From Catajapyx aquilonaris (Eukaryota), in the NCBI GenBank assembly GCA_000934665.2, contig JYFJ02001553.1, positions 1-64,000 of the forward strand: a DNA stretch of 64,000 bases, read 5' to 3'. Positions 36,728 to 48,974 of the stretch are shown here, one piece after another (the first letter of the stretch is position 1; each line of letters starts with the position of its first letter). A program made the position numbers and the translations under genes. A model generated the notes under the pieces. It was not told the DNA's origin. It worked only from the letters and a program-made list of their open reading frames with translations, and searched no databases.

Positions 36728-39288
36728 ATGTTGCTGGACGAGAGGGACGTGGAAGATGTGGGGCTCTTTTTGTATGTGGAACAGTGCAAGCAGTACCTGC
36801 GGGACGGGCTCATAGGCGAAGATGTGAGGGAAGTGACGGAGGATGTCCTCCATAGAAAGGCTGTGGAGGCGTGGCAAGAGATGACCACGCAAGAGGAGCA
36901 GCAGTGGCACGCTAAGTCTTTGGAGACCATCAATCGGATCAGAGAAACGGCCAATAAAGGCCTGAAGAGAGAGTTCAGACTCTACTATGTCTTGAAGAGA
37001 TACGACGTGAGTTTTGATTGTCACAAGTTTGCATCTTCATAATATTATTCTAACTTCGTCTAGGTACTTTACGTCTATGTTACGTAGACATAATTACATT
37101 CACGAAGACGTAACAACGTAATTGACGTCTACTACGACGTAACGACGTACAATTGACGTATACTTATACGTAACAACGTAATTGACGTCTACTACGACGT
37201 AACGACGTACAATTGACGTATACTTATACGTAAGGTCCTTACGTCTACTTCTACGTCAATTATGCGTAATTGTACGTAAGGACGTATAATTGACGTATAC
37301 TTATAAGGACGTATAATTGACGTATACTTATACGTAATGACGTATAATTGACGTATACTTATACGTAATGACGTATAATTGACGTATACTTATACGTAAT
37401 GACGTATAATTGACGTATACTTATACGTAATGACGTAACGTAGACGTAGACGTAGGAAGTACAATTGACGTATACTTATACGTAATGACGTAACGTAGAC
37501 GTAGACGTAAGGAAGTACAATTATTGACGTATACTTATACGTAATGACGTAACGTAGACGTAGACGTAAGGAAGTACAATTATTGACGTATACTTATACG
37601 TAATGACGTAACGTAGACGTAGACGTAAGGAAGTACAATTGACGTATACTTATACATAAGGTCCTTACGTCTACTTCTACGTCAATTATGCGTCCTTACG
37701 TCTACGTTACATCCTTATATGGTACGGATGTAACGTAGAAGTAGACGTAAGGACGCATAATTGACGTATACTTGTATGTAATGAACGTAGACGTAAGGAC
37801 GTACAATTGGCGTATACTTATACGTAAGGTCCTTACGTCTACTTCTACGTCAATTGTCCATCATTACGTCTACGTTACGTCATTACATACAAGTATACGT
37901 GGGGAGGCGAAGTGGCGCAACGGTAACGTTCGCGCCCACGGATGTTAAGGTCCCGGGTTCGATCCCGGCCCGGGGACACCCCCTTCATCTCGTGCAGAGT
38001 AAAGTGTCGTCTCTGACTTCGTCTCGGGTGGAATATCCACAGACTAATCCACCCGGGGGAGCTCACAAAACGACCACATGCGGACAAGGCACTGCACTTG
38101 CACATCCCCTCCTGTCATCCCTTCCTGCCCGTGGGCCCGGGCGCTGTATAAATAGGATCCAATTGTATTTGACGAGTAATAAAGGTCCGGCAAGACCCCA
38201 ATAGGGGTACGCCTATACCCAATTATTAATTATTATTATTATTATTACAAGTATACGTCAATTTTACGTCCTTACGTCTATGTTACATCCTTACGGTAAG
38301 GATGTAACGTAGAAGTAGACGTAAGGACTTAATTGAAGTCTACAATCGGTGTTTATCGGTGTTTTTGTTGTTTTGTGTCTCTTAACGACACCTCAGGAGG
38401 TCCGGAATGATCATCCGGAGTTAGACAACAACACGTGGATCGAGGTTGCGTTGCCTGGATGGCTCGATTTAACCAACAGTCAAAGACGAGAGTATAAGAA
38501 GCAAGCTTTACAAATATCGAGCCATGTTTGGATTTGGGCTGCGTCTGACGTAAGTTTGGGGGTTCACACGAGAGTCTTTTGGTCGTTGAACCTAATCGGA
38601 ATGATGTGAATGTGTGCAGGGTATCGATGGGTGCGAAACCGAGACGGGGACGTTGTCATCTTCAGAGTCGGACGACGACGAACCGAAGTGTAAGAGACAA
38701 GCGACCAACGACAGTTGGCAGAGTTCAAGCGAAGTGAGCAACGACAGCGACAAAGCCAACGACGATGTGTTGTACGACTCACCAGGTTCCGACGTGGACG
38801 GGATCGACAGCGACGGTGAATCAGGCGACACCAGGAACACCGACGACAGTAGTTCATGTGACGACAGCGACGATCGAAGCACCCATGACAGCGACACCTC
38901 CAGCGACAACAGCGACAACAGTAACTGTTGCTCCAGTAGCAGTGACACCATGGTCAACGACATCGACACTGCCATCGACGATCTCTATTCGCCTGACGGG
39001 CAGGGATCTGAGGATACACTCAGTGACGTAGGCAGTCCCTGTGATGACGTGGGCTGTCCCTGTGGTGACGTAGGCTGTCCCTGTGATGACGTCGGCTCTC
39101 CCCTTGATGACGTGACCTGTCCCCATTATGACGTAGGCTCTCCCCATGATGACGTCGCTTCTCCCTGTGATGACGTAGTGCAACTTCGTGACGAATTCGA
39201 TCCTGGTGAAGGTACTAGCAGTGGTATCAGAGCTAGTCACGACTTGCTTAATTTGGACAGCTTCCTAAGGCAAATTAAACGGAAGTGA
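36728..39288 (+). CDS. Divergent tandem HMG-box protein with a long acidic tail, ~366 aa
   Basis: Exons 36728-37006, 38397-38549, 38620-39288 (phase 0, donors GTGAGT and GTAAGT). Box 1: LFLYVEQCKQYL...KAVEAWQEMTTQEEQQWHAKS. Box 2 spans intron 1: FRLYYVLKRYD/EVRNDHPELDNNTWIEVALPGWLDLTNSQRREYKKQA, matching the HMG pattern F..F....R..v...hP.......lg..W..ls.eek..Y...A. AATAAA at 39395. Confidence 0.75.
37060..38340. repeat. ACGT-rich tandem/inverted array in intron 1 of the HMG gene (related sequence at 35910-36300)
   Basis: 29-bp unit ATGACGTATAATTGACGTATACTTATACGTA and longer ~55-bp units; blocks GTCCTTACGTCTACTTCTACG occur in both orientations. Confidence 0.9.
37901..38245 (+). mobile_element. 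tRNA-derived SINE (same family as 6475-6838)
   Basis: A box TGGCGCAACGG (37913), B box GGTTCGATCCC (37956), (ATT)n tail, 13-bp target site duplication TACAAGTATACGT (37888-37900, 38246-38258). Confidence 0.92.
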
Positions 39289-42200
39289 TGGACACATCAA
39301 CAATGTCCACAAACTATCCTGCATCCTCCACAGTGCGAGAAATGATGCCAGCACACCTAGCGGATGGTCAAAAAAAACAATACTTTTCACTGGAAATAAA
39401 ACAAGTTTTTATCTAAAACACAATCTGAACATGACGCTTTTACTGATATTAATTTGCATTTTTCTAAACACCTTTTTTTGGATTTTTTTCCCACCTAATG
39501 ATTTATGTGACCACTAATTATTTTCATTAAGCTAATCGGTTGGACCACACGCATCGATTTATCTCCGTAAAATTTTAATTGCTTTAAGAAAAAAATTGTT
39601 ATGGCCGCCCTATAGTCATAAATCGCCTCCTTTTATGAATATTTTTTTATATCTTGTTTTACGAACCGATATGCGATCCGGATCGACAAATAAACGATAA
39701 CCAAATATGGCATATCTCCACCCATACTCTACACAAAAAAAAAAACATTGATGTTTTGCGCAGGTAAATTACACCTGTTCCCATATATTATTTTGGGTCT
39801 TCCTTGATGATCGTGTCCCACCTGCAGGGGGGGAATTTGAGCTGTTTGAATCACTATATTTTTTTTTGTAGTATATGTACATGTGTGTTGTAGCCAGGTT
39901 TTTTGGGCGTCGACAACCAGGTGGGACACACTCACGTTCTTTTTCACGCCTTTAAGTCACGCTTCCCACACGACATGGGGCGTTTAACATTTTTCGAACT
40001 TCATTGTGTCTGATCACATCGAGCAAGAAATTATTGTACCGTCTGCAAGGTGTTTCTAAAAGATAAACCGACAAACAAGCCATCCATATGAATATTTTAC
40101 CAACTGAATTATTACATTATAATTTTTTATTTTATTTCGTTCAAATAGGTATAGTTTTAATTTTTATTTGAAATTTTAATTATTTTATTCATTTTATTTT
40201 ATTTGAAAAGTTTTATTTAATTTATTTTAAATATATGAATCTGTTAAAATTGTTTTATTTTGTGAGAAATTATTTATTTTTGATATAAATTATTTTATTT
40301 TACATTAGAATTTATTAGTTTACATTATATTATTGCCTTTTTGGAAATGATTTATTTTATTTTGTGTTTATTAAAATTAATTTATATATAAATTATATTT
40401 ATGAAATTATTTTGTATATTTATAAAAATTATTTCTTTATTTTATTAAAAATACTTATTAAATTATTTTATCAATGTATTATTTAACAAATGTATTAATT
40501 ATTTAACAAATGTATTAAATTACGGTATTTATTAAATGTATTATAGAAATTATTTTAATTTGTAACTTTATTTTAGAAATTATTTTATTTTAGCAGAATT
40601 TATTTTTAAATGACATTATCAGTTTATTTCGTTTTATTTAAAATGCTTTATTTTTATTAAAATATTTTATTTTATTTGTATTAAAATATTTTATTTTATT
40701 TGTATTAAAATATTTTATTTTATTTTTATTAAAATATTTTATTTTATTTGTATTAAAATATTTTATTTTATTTGTATTAAAATATTTTATTTTATTTGTA
40801 TTAAAATCATTTATTTCATTTTTACTAGCATGATTTTATTTTAATTGACAATATATTCGCCTTAATTTCAATATACTGTTTTTTTATTTTGAGTATTAAT
40901 TGCGATCACGTGATAGTCCAATGTACTTTTTATATTAGTTTCGGTACACCTTGTACACATTTATAATATATATTTTTTTGCACGTAAATTGATTTGGGTC
41001 TAAACTGGACCCTCGGATTGGTCACGCGAAACGCCCTCATTAATCAACACGTTTAAAAGGGTGAGTTCGCGTGCACCATTTCGGGGCAACACATTTCGAG
41101 GAACCCACCCTGTCTAAGCCCCTTTTAGGATTACATAGGCACACACACACACACACACACACAAAAAAAAAATATATTAGTGGCGTACCGTGTTCTTTTC
41201 AAAAAAAGAGTTTTTTATGGTCACCTTCGAACGAATATGGAGGGTTCTTTATGAGGTCACTAACTCTTGCAATGTTCCTTGTTTCAAAAAAAAAAAAATG
41301 GTTGGTTTAGCACTATATTTTGGAAAGCTGGGTAATTATTATGCAAAAAAATTTGCGTTTTTTATCTTTTTTGGTGTTTTTTCATATTTTTTTGTTCGGG
41401 ACCTAAATGTAGAGAAAAAATCTTTCCAAGTCCTATGCTGGTCCTTCCACAACTGTAATCAGCACCAGACATCGAACCCATTTTGACCCATGTTGGGAGA
41501 CAACCCACCCTAACTTTGACTGGTTTTATCTTGGTGTATGGGTCCCAAGGCGGCCACTTTGAAGATTTTGAGGAGTGGTTCCTTATTTCCGTTCCACCCC
41601 CCCCCCCCCCCCAAAAAGCTACTTCTGCACTCCCTCCACATTTCTGTAATAATAGGCTGCTTTATCTAGAACTAGAAAAGCAGACTTCATATATATATGG
41701 TATTCGCCACTGGTAAAAATAACATTATTTTTTAACAATGCAATTGGGAGGTAATGACTGAATTAATTGGAGGCAAGATTAATGATGAGCCATTCAGATA
41801 CACTCCGGATATTTTTGCATATTATCGTAGCCATCGATGTTTTTTTTCTTCGTNCCCACAAAAAAAAAGGTTGTAAAAGATGAAGCTCCAGGCCACCCCC
41901 TAACCCTCAGTGATTTATTAGAACGCCATGAGGTCTGTATCAAGGGCCCCAGAGTTCCTTCTTCCCCCCCTTTCTTTGGGTTTCTTTCCACAGAAAAGAT
42001 GTCCAGCTGATGGGACCAAAAAGGCCATCAAGAGCAACTGTTATGACCGCCGAAAATTGGTTGAGTGACCGTATATCCACGCAGGCTTCGGGGAAAACTT
42101 CAGGGCCGGGTGATAAATGAAGTTTATTTAGCAGTAATAAAGCTATTTATTTCTGGGAAAGGAAAAGATCGAGTTGGAAATAATGGTGACGGTTCTAAGG

Positions 42201-44019
42201 TAGTTCCAACCCTCAAATGACATGGGATAGTCCCCTTTATATCTTTTATCTCTATTATTTTGTTTGCTGTATTTATTTATATTTTTATTATGTATTGTGA
42301 CTCTGTATAACTTATATTTAATACTGTGATTTTATTTCATTGTTATTAGTTTTATTAATTTAATTGTTCGTTTGATTCATTTTATTCTAGTCATTTTATT
42401 AGTTCGATTATTTTTAAGTTTCATGATGTTATTTTAAATTTAATTCTGATATTTTATTTATAAATTCTGTTAATTTCAATTGACTTAGTTAAAACATATT
42501 TTGAGCATAAGTGAAAAATGACATTTCAACAAAAATTTAATACATATTTTAAATATAGGCCTAAATGAGCAAGATTTAAACAGATTTTAAAATCTGATTG
42601 TAGAAACTACAATTTTTAAATTTAATTATGTTATTTAAAATTTAGTTGTTATCTAAAATTTAGTTGTTATCTAAAATTTATTGTTATGTTAATTCAGCTA
42701 TGATATTATTAATTTATTATTATTTAATTCATTTCTGTTTAATTATGTGTCATTATTGATTTAATTTTGTGGTTTTTATGATTGCTGTTGTCTTTCAATT
42801 TATTTTTGTTATTTTGAAACTTATAATCCTGATATTTTTATTAATTTAATTCTCCTACTTTTTTACCATGTTCTGTTGTTTGAATTTTAATGTTTGTGTT
42901 TCTCATTGCAATTTTTGCACTTTTGTGTCATTAAGTCTTCCATATTTATTTACAGTACCGTATGTGGTTTGATTTTCATTTCATTACTTGTATTACATTA
43001 GGTTAGCGTCTCCTTTCCTACGCAACCCCCCCCCCCNGGATTAGCTGCTGATATTTTTCATCCCCCCCCCCCCCAAATCATGAGTTATGGACCACCCCCC
43101 CGGATTATCCGCCAAAAAATAACAAAAAAATTTAGCAGCCAAATTTATGGCCCCTTTTTGCATATTTCCGGTTCAATGATCAAACCCACTTTAGTCGCTT
43201 CTTGTTTTCAAACTTTAAAAATAGGGGGGTGGCTCGATTTTAGGTATATGTGATTTAATAGCTACGGTTTTTTTTTGAGAGGGGGGGGGGGATCTAAAAC
43301 GTTACAAAGAAACAGTAGGAGGGCAAATGTTAAGACCCAGATGCGGGTCACTATTTTTTTTTCTCTCTCTCCTTCAGATAACGGTGGTGTTTGAAATGCA
43401 TAAATTTTTCAAGACCAGACGTTTTAAAAGTTCTCATTTTACGATCTTTCCAGCATCTTCCAGAAACCAAACCGAAAAGATTGCATGTCGGTGTCAAAGG
43501 TCAATTACAAAAATGTCTTAAAAGCCAGCATGAAATTTCACCAAAGGAGAGAACGAACTGGCTTGTTCTTGGCATTTTTATGGCCTTAGTTTCCTACTCA
43601 TCCAATCACAGATCCTGTGTCCATTGAGGATCCTCTGTGGTAGGTGGACCACTTTTAGAAGCATCTAGTTTACCAGGTGAATAGAAGCAGCTGTGCTTAG
43701 AGGGTCTTTATTATTATTAAAATGATAAAAAGAGCCCCTTCAGAGTTTGTCCACCTTATCGCTGACCACTGAAGAGGCGATCTCGAGTCTCCTTTCATGA
43801 CCTTCCTAAATGGAGAGAGAGAGACCCACGTGTGTCCCACTACTGGAACAACCGGTTATGTAAACTGACACTGGTAGTACTGTCCTGAAATATCTCAATA
43901 TATAAAACGGAAAATTCCGTCCGGATGTTTGTTTGGAAAAGTGGGAGGAGCTTAAGAGGAGTCATGGCCAATCACGGCCATTGATGTCACATTTGACCAA
44001 TCACAGCGTTTGACGTCAC

Positions 44020-44600
44020 CTATGAATATCGATACATCGCGAGGGGTTATAGTATCGATACGAATAAATATGAAATAATTTGTGTTTTTATTTATTTATT
44101 TATTTTCAATACTGTTGCTAATACTCGCCATCCAGCGTCATTTTTCGAACACAACCAAGTGCGCACCACATTTCGCGCAGCGTGCACGGTTGGAATTACG
44201 CGTATCAATGATAACTGGTAAGCTGTCTTTGCGCCGAACTTATTTCCAACACTACGTTCGGGCCCATAGCGGTTATTTATGTCAACCACGAACATCGATA
44301 CATAGCGGAAGGGAATATCGATACGATGCAATAATTTGTGTCTGGGGTGCAAATACGGACCAGAAAACCTGTTCAGTTAAAGATGATTTTATCTAACGAG
44401 CGCAACCGAGTGCGCACCACATTTCGCGCAGCGTTCAGGGTTGGAATTATCAATGGTAGCTGGTATGCTCTGTGTATAGTACGCGCTGCACTTATTTCCA
44501 ACGCTACGCTCGGGAAGCATTGACAGCCATTGACGTGAATATCGATACATTGCTGGCGATAATATCGATACGATGCAATAATTTGTCTGTTTCTTAAAAA
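44020..44600. repeat. Tandem ~250-bp duplication, preceded by a Helitron-like 5' end at ~43893
   Basis: GTGCGCACCACATTTCGCGCAGCGT and ATATCGATACGATGCAATAATTTGT each occur twice; a related segment lies at ~50440-50560. Confidence 0.6.
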
Positions 44601-45309
44601 ATAAATATTATGGAGATTGATGCACATTTCAAATTCTATGAACAGTGCTATAGACATTTTCGGTGTAACGGACCTTATAACAACAGCAATGACAGCATGA
44701 TGTACCGCTGTCACATTATACACCGCTAATGCCTTGTTTCCAGCCCACCATTTGTTTATGTCCTCCGTAGTACACTTCCTGAGATAAACAGTTCCTTGTT
44801 CCCTCTCCAAACGTTTCCTCTATTAGCATTTCATGCAACTCTTGTTCTGTGAAATAGACAAATTTAGACAGACCTACGAATGACGGGCTCACACGGTGGT
44901 CCGAATTATTCAGAAGGTCTCCTCTTCTTTCTTTTGGGAGGAACCGTAAACCCTTATTTTAAATGTACCATCATTTTCTGGCTCATATAACAACAGATGT
45001 CATAATAAAGGAGCAAAAAAAAGAGAGAGAGGCTTAATTCCAACCCCCAGAAGACTATAAACTCCGGAACTTTGCGACATTGATTCTACTTAACTACGTA
45101 TCGTCAAAAAAAAAAATTGTGGTCATTCCGTTGCAGACCACGTGGTCGTTTCTAAGCAAAGGAAAGGTTCCTTTTCGAATATAAAATAAGCAAGGTGGGG
45201 GGTCGAATGGTCATATAAATCAAATAAAAATGTCCTCCCATCGGCAATAATACTGTACATTCACAGTGTACGTCCAATTTTTAAAATTACCATACCCCCC
45301 AAAAAAATT

Positions 45310-45750
45310 AAATCATGCCATTGGTTTTACCAACATTTTTTTAAAAAAAATCAGGTCATGGGTCATGCCAACAATATTATTTTTAATCAAGCCATTGGTC
45401 TTACCAGCATTTTTTTTAATCAGGCCATTGGCCTTAACAATATTTTTTTAAAAGAAATCAGGTCATGGGTCATGCCAACACTATTTTTTTAAATCAAGCC
45501 ATTGGTCTTACCAACAATTTTTTTTAATCAGGCCATTGGCCTTAACAATATTTTTTAAAAAGAAATCAGGTCATGGGTCATGCCAACAATTTTTTTTAAA
45601 AAAATCAAGCCATTGGTCTTACCAACAATATAAATTTTTTTAAATCAAGCCATTGGCCTTAACAATAATTTTTAAAGAAATCAGGTCATGGGTCATGCCA
45701 ACAACAGTTTTTTTTTAAAAAAATCTAGCCATGGGTCATGCCAACAATAT
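45310..45750. repeat. Higher-order tandem repeat of ~35-bp subunits
   Basis: Cycle of CAGGTCATGGGTCATGCCAACA / CAAGCCATTGGTCTTACCA / CAGGCCATTGGCCTTAACA separated by T/A runs. Confidence 0.85.
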
Positions 45751-47554
45751 ATTTTTTTAATTAGGAGATAGGTCCATACCTTGCGACAATGACCTTTTGC
45801 TGTAATTACTTTACCCTGAAGGCCTTGCTTAATTCCAACCGCCAATTTTCAACAAGGGTGAATTACGCAACCGCAGTTGAAGTCCCGGGTTATTACTCTT
45901 GAGCCCCAAGAAAGATTTAGTGAATGGACCCCAAACGAAGCTAGACAATAAAGAAACCCCATTCCTTTGAAAAAAGCCGCCCATTTAAAATTATGGTGTT
46001 GAATGAATAGGAGTGTTGATTGGGCATGTCAAATTTTTGCAATGTTAAAAAAAATTCTATTCATCGACTAGTACTATTCACTATACATATGGGCCGGAGC
46101 CAATAAGCAGAGTTCATTATGGAGCTACTGAACCACAATTTTCACACGCGATTAAGATGGAAATCTCTGCCTAATTTACAACCCCCAGAGCCCAACCCTG
46201 ATTATTACATTAATTGGAGGAAGAGCTGGAAAGAACGATGTAACCTGCAGAACATTACTTCTCATTTGCATCCGATTATTAGTTTTTTTAACACACATGC
46301 AGGGGGAAGATTTATAATTTTTATTTATTAGCATTTTATAAGTAACCAATGCGGCGCACGCAATCCAAAATGGCCGCTTACTTCGCCGCCTCGGAAATTT
46401 GCACATAAATTACTGTCGCCATGGATTTCTAATCAGTCTTTAAGGTGTGGAATGAGTTTGATCAGACGTGAACAACTCATTAGAGACTAGTTTGGCCGCC
46501 TAAAAATGCTTTTCAAGAGGGAAGGGTTGGAAATAATGGTAAGTTGGAAATACGCCAGAATTATTAAGAATCTGAGCCAACTTGGCAAAGAATCGGTTTT
46601 TTTTTTCGTATTACAGAGCTAGTGGTTTAGTTGGTTCGATTAATCCGTATGGCACCAGGATGTCGCCGGAGGGGCTGTGAAGATGTCGTAATTTTTTTTA
46701 TATTTGAGCTAATGAAAATCGGCATTAATTTGAATGAGTCGTAAAGATGGCAGTGGGCGAACTGTAAAATTCAGTATTCATTATGTAGACCATTTTATTA
46801 GCAATTTCCGATCCTATTTATAGTGGGACATATCCTTGAATCGTTCAATGTGAAGCGAACTTTTCAATTCCAGCCAAATTTGCATAAGTTTTTGCCAAGT
46901 TTTAAGTGGATTTAAACAGTAAAAAAAATCTAGTGAAGTGACATGGAAAAAGAAGACCTGTCACCACCACTACTCCTCCCTAGTTTATTACAATCTTGAA
47001 CATAAAAACCAGAAGTGCTGACATCTTATAAGATCACAAGCTCTTTCATTTGAAGTGATAGGGTGTGGCGCAAAAAAAACAAAATTCAGGGACATTATAA
47101 TGATCCAAGTGGACACCAGAAGCGTCTCGGGTACCTACTATTTTTTTGTATAGTAAAAATTACAGGTTCTGATAGGTCGAATGTGACAGGCACCATTCTG
47201 AGTTGTAAGATTGAATACACCCATCACGCGAGGGCTCATTCTGCCGTCAAAAACACTGGAGTTATCTTTCAAAAAGATGCCAGTCCTCCTTTCTCATCTT
47301 GAGCTTTTTTTTGAAACCCTCCAAAAAAAGATTAATTCTCATACCGCCCATAACTATTTTTTTATAAGATATAACCACCCACCAATTTAAAGCTATGCGA
47401 TTGTGGAATTTTTTTAAACTAAAAAAAGTGTTTATGTAATGTGGAGGTAATATTTTTTTTTTTTAAGTGGGCAACATTGTTTGGACAAGAGCTGTTAGTG
47501 TTGAGCCATAATTGGTCAAGTGGAATGCGGATAAAAAGTGTAACCATGATGTTG

Positions 47555-48460
47555 ACATCTGTTTCTACAAGGTGATTCAAAAGTAGCTGCAATGTTTTGA
47601 ATGTGATTTTCTAATAGTGCCAGGTCAATCAGGAATTTTTGAAAAGGAAAATCAGCTGGTTCTACAAAGTTAGATTTAGAAAAATTATTTTTCTAAATCT
47701 AAATTTTTGCTGAAACTTATATCATTTTTTATTTATGCTTAAAATATGTTTTAATTGCGTCAATGAAATTAACAGCATTAATCAATAAAATATCAGAAAT
47801 TTCAAAGTAACAAAAATAAAATTCAAAATGCGCAGAAAAACAAATAAAAGCCACAAAAGTAAATTAATAATATAATTGTGCTTCAAAGTAGCTACAATAA
47901 TATATAACTGTTATTTTCTAATAGGTTTCTGGCCAATCAGGATTTTTAAAAAATTCAGATATTGCCATCTGTACAGTGTGATTCAAAATATCTGCAATTT
48001 TTTAAAACTTATTTTCCAATAGTGTCAGGCCAATCAGCTGTGTGCTCCAGAGTAACAGCAATTTTTAACCTGTTATTTTTAATAGGTTTTTTTGGCCAGT
48101 GAGGATTTCGTTAAAAAATTCTACAAACTGCTTCAAAGTAATCGCAATTTTAACTGCTATTTTCTAATAGTTCCAGGTCAATCAGTATATTTAAAAAAAA
48201 AATCAGCAGTGTTTCTGCAATGTGCTTCAAGGTAGCTGCAATTTTAAATTGTTATTTTCTAATAGTCTGGCCAATCAGGATTGTAAAAAAAAAATCAGTT
48301 GTTTCTATACAAAGTGCTTCAAAGTAGTCGGAATTTCAACTGCTATTTTCTAATAGTCTGGCCAATATGAATTTTTTAAAGAAATCAGATGTTGATATAT
48401 GTTTCTACAAGGTGATTTAGTGTAGCCGCAATTTTTAACTATTTACAGGCCAATAGGAAT
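47555..48460. repeat. Degenerate ~75-80-bp tandem repeat containing CCAAT
   Basis: TTCAAAGTAGCTGCAATTTT..TTTTCTAATAGT..GGCCAATCAG repeated about 8 times. Confidence 0.75.
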
Positions 48461-48974
48461 TTTCCCAAAAAAAACAAGTACAAGTCGTAAACAAAATTCC
48501 AAACATTTCTGACATACTAGTCTGAAAATAACCACTATATGCACGTGCTAATTAGCACCCATATATTTTTTTCCCCCCAAAGAAAATTTTGCAGGTGGAA
48601 AAATACCAGCACGGAATAGCAAACAGAACTTAAGCTTTCATAACTCAGAAGATGAGAATATAATGAAAGGTTGGGCAACTTATGTCCAGTTTACACCTGT
48701 GGGCTCATCGTGATGTAGCCTCCTCTTCATTGGTCTTGAAAAAGAAAAAAAAAGGATGACCTTTACCTGTTGGTGATGACTCCGTGATGATGGCTGCTGG
48801 TTTTTGTTGTGTTTGCAACCAGCAGGACATTGACCTGCTTTTTTGATTGGCAAAGGGTCAGACTCTCCATATCAGTTGCTGGGATCAACAATTTCATGCC
48901 TGCGGAGTTGGGGGAGGTTGCGTGGATAATCGGGAGATAAGTTGCTGACTTTTCTCTTTACAGTGTGGACGTCC

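Noticed and set aside
37901..37975. Possible tRNA gene
   Set aside because: A and B boxes are present but it continues into a SINE body with tail and target duplication, and a second copy exists at 6475-6838.
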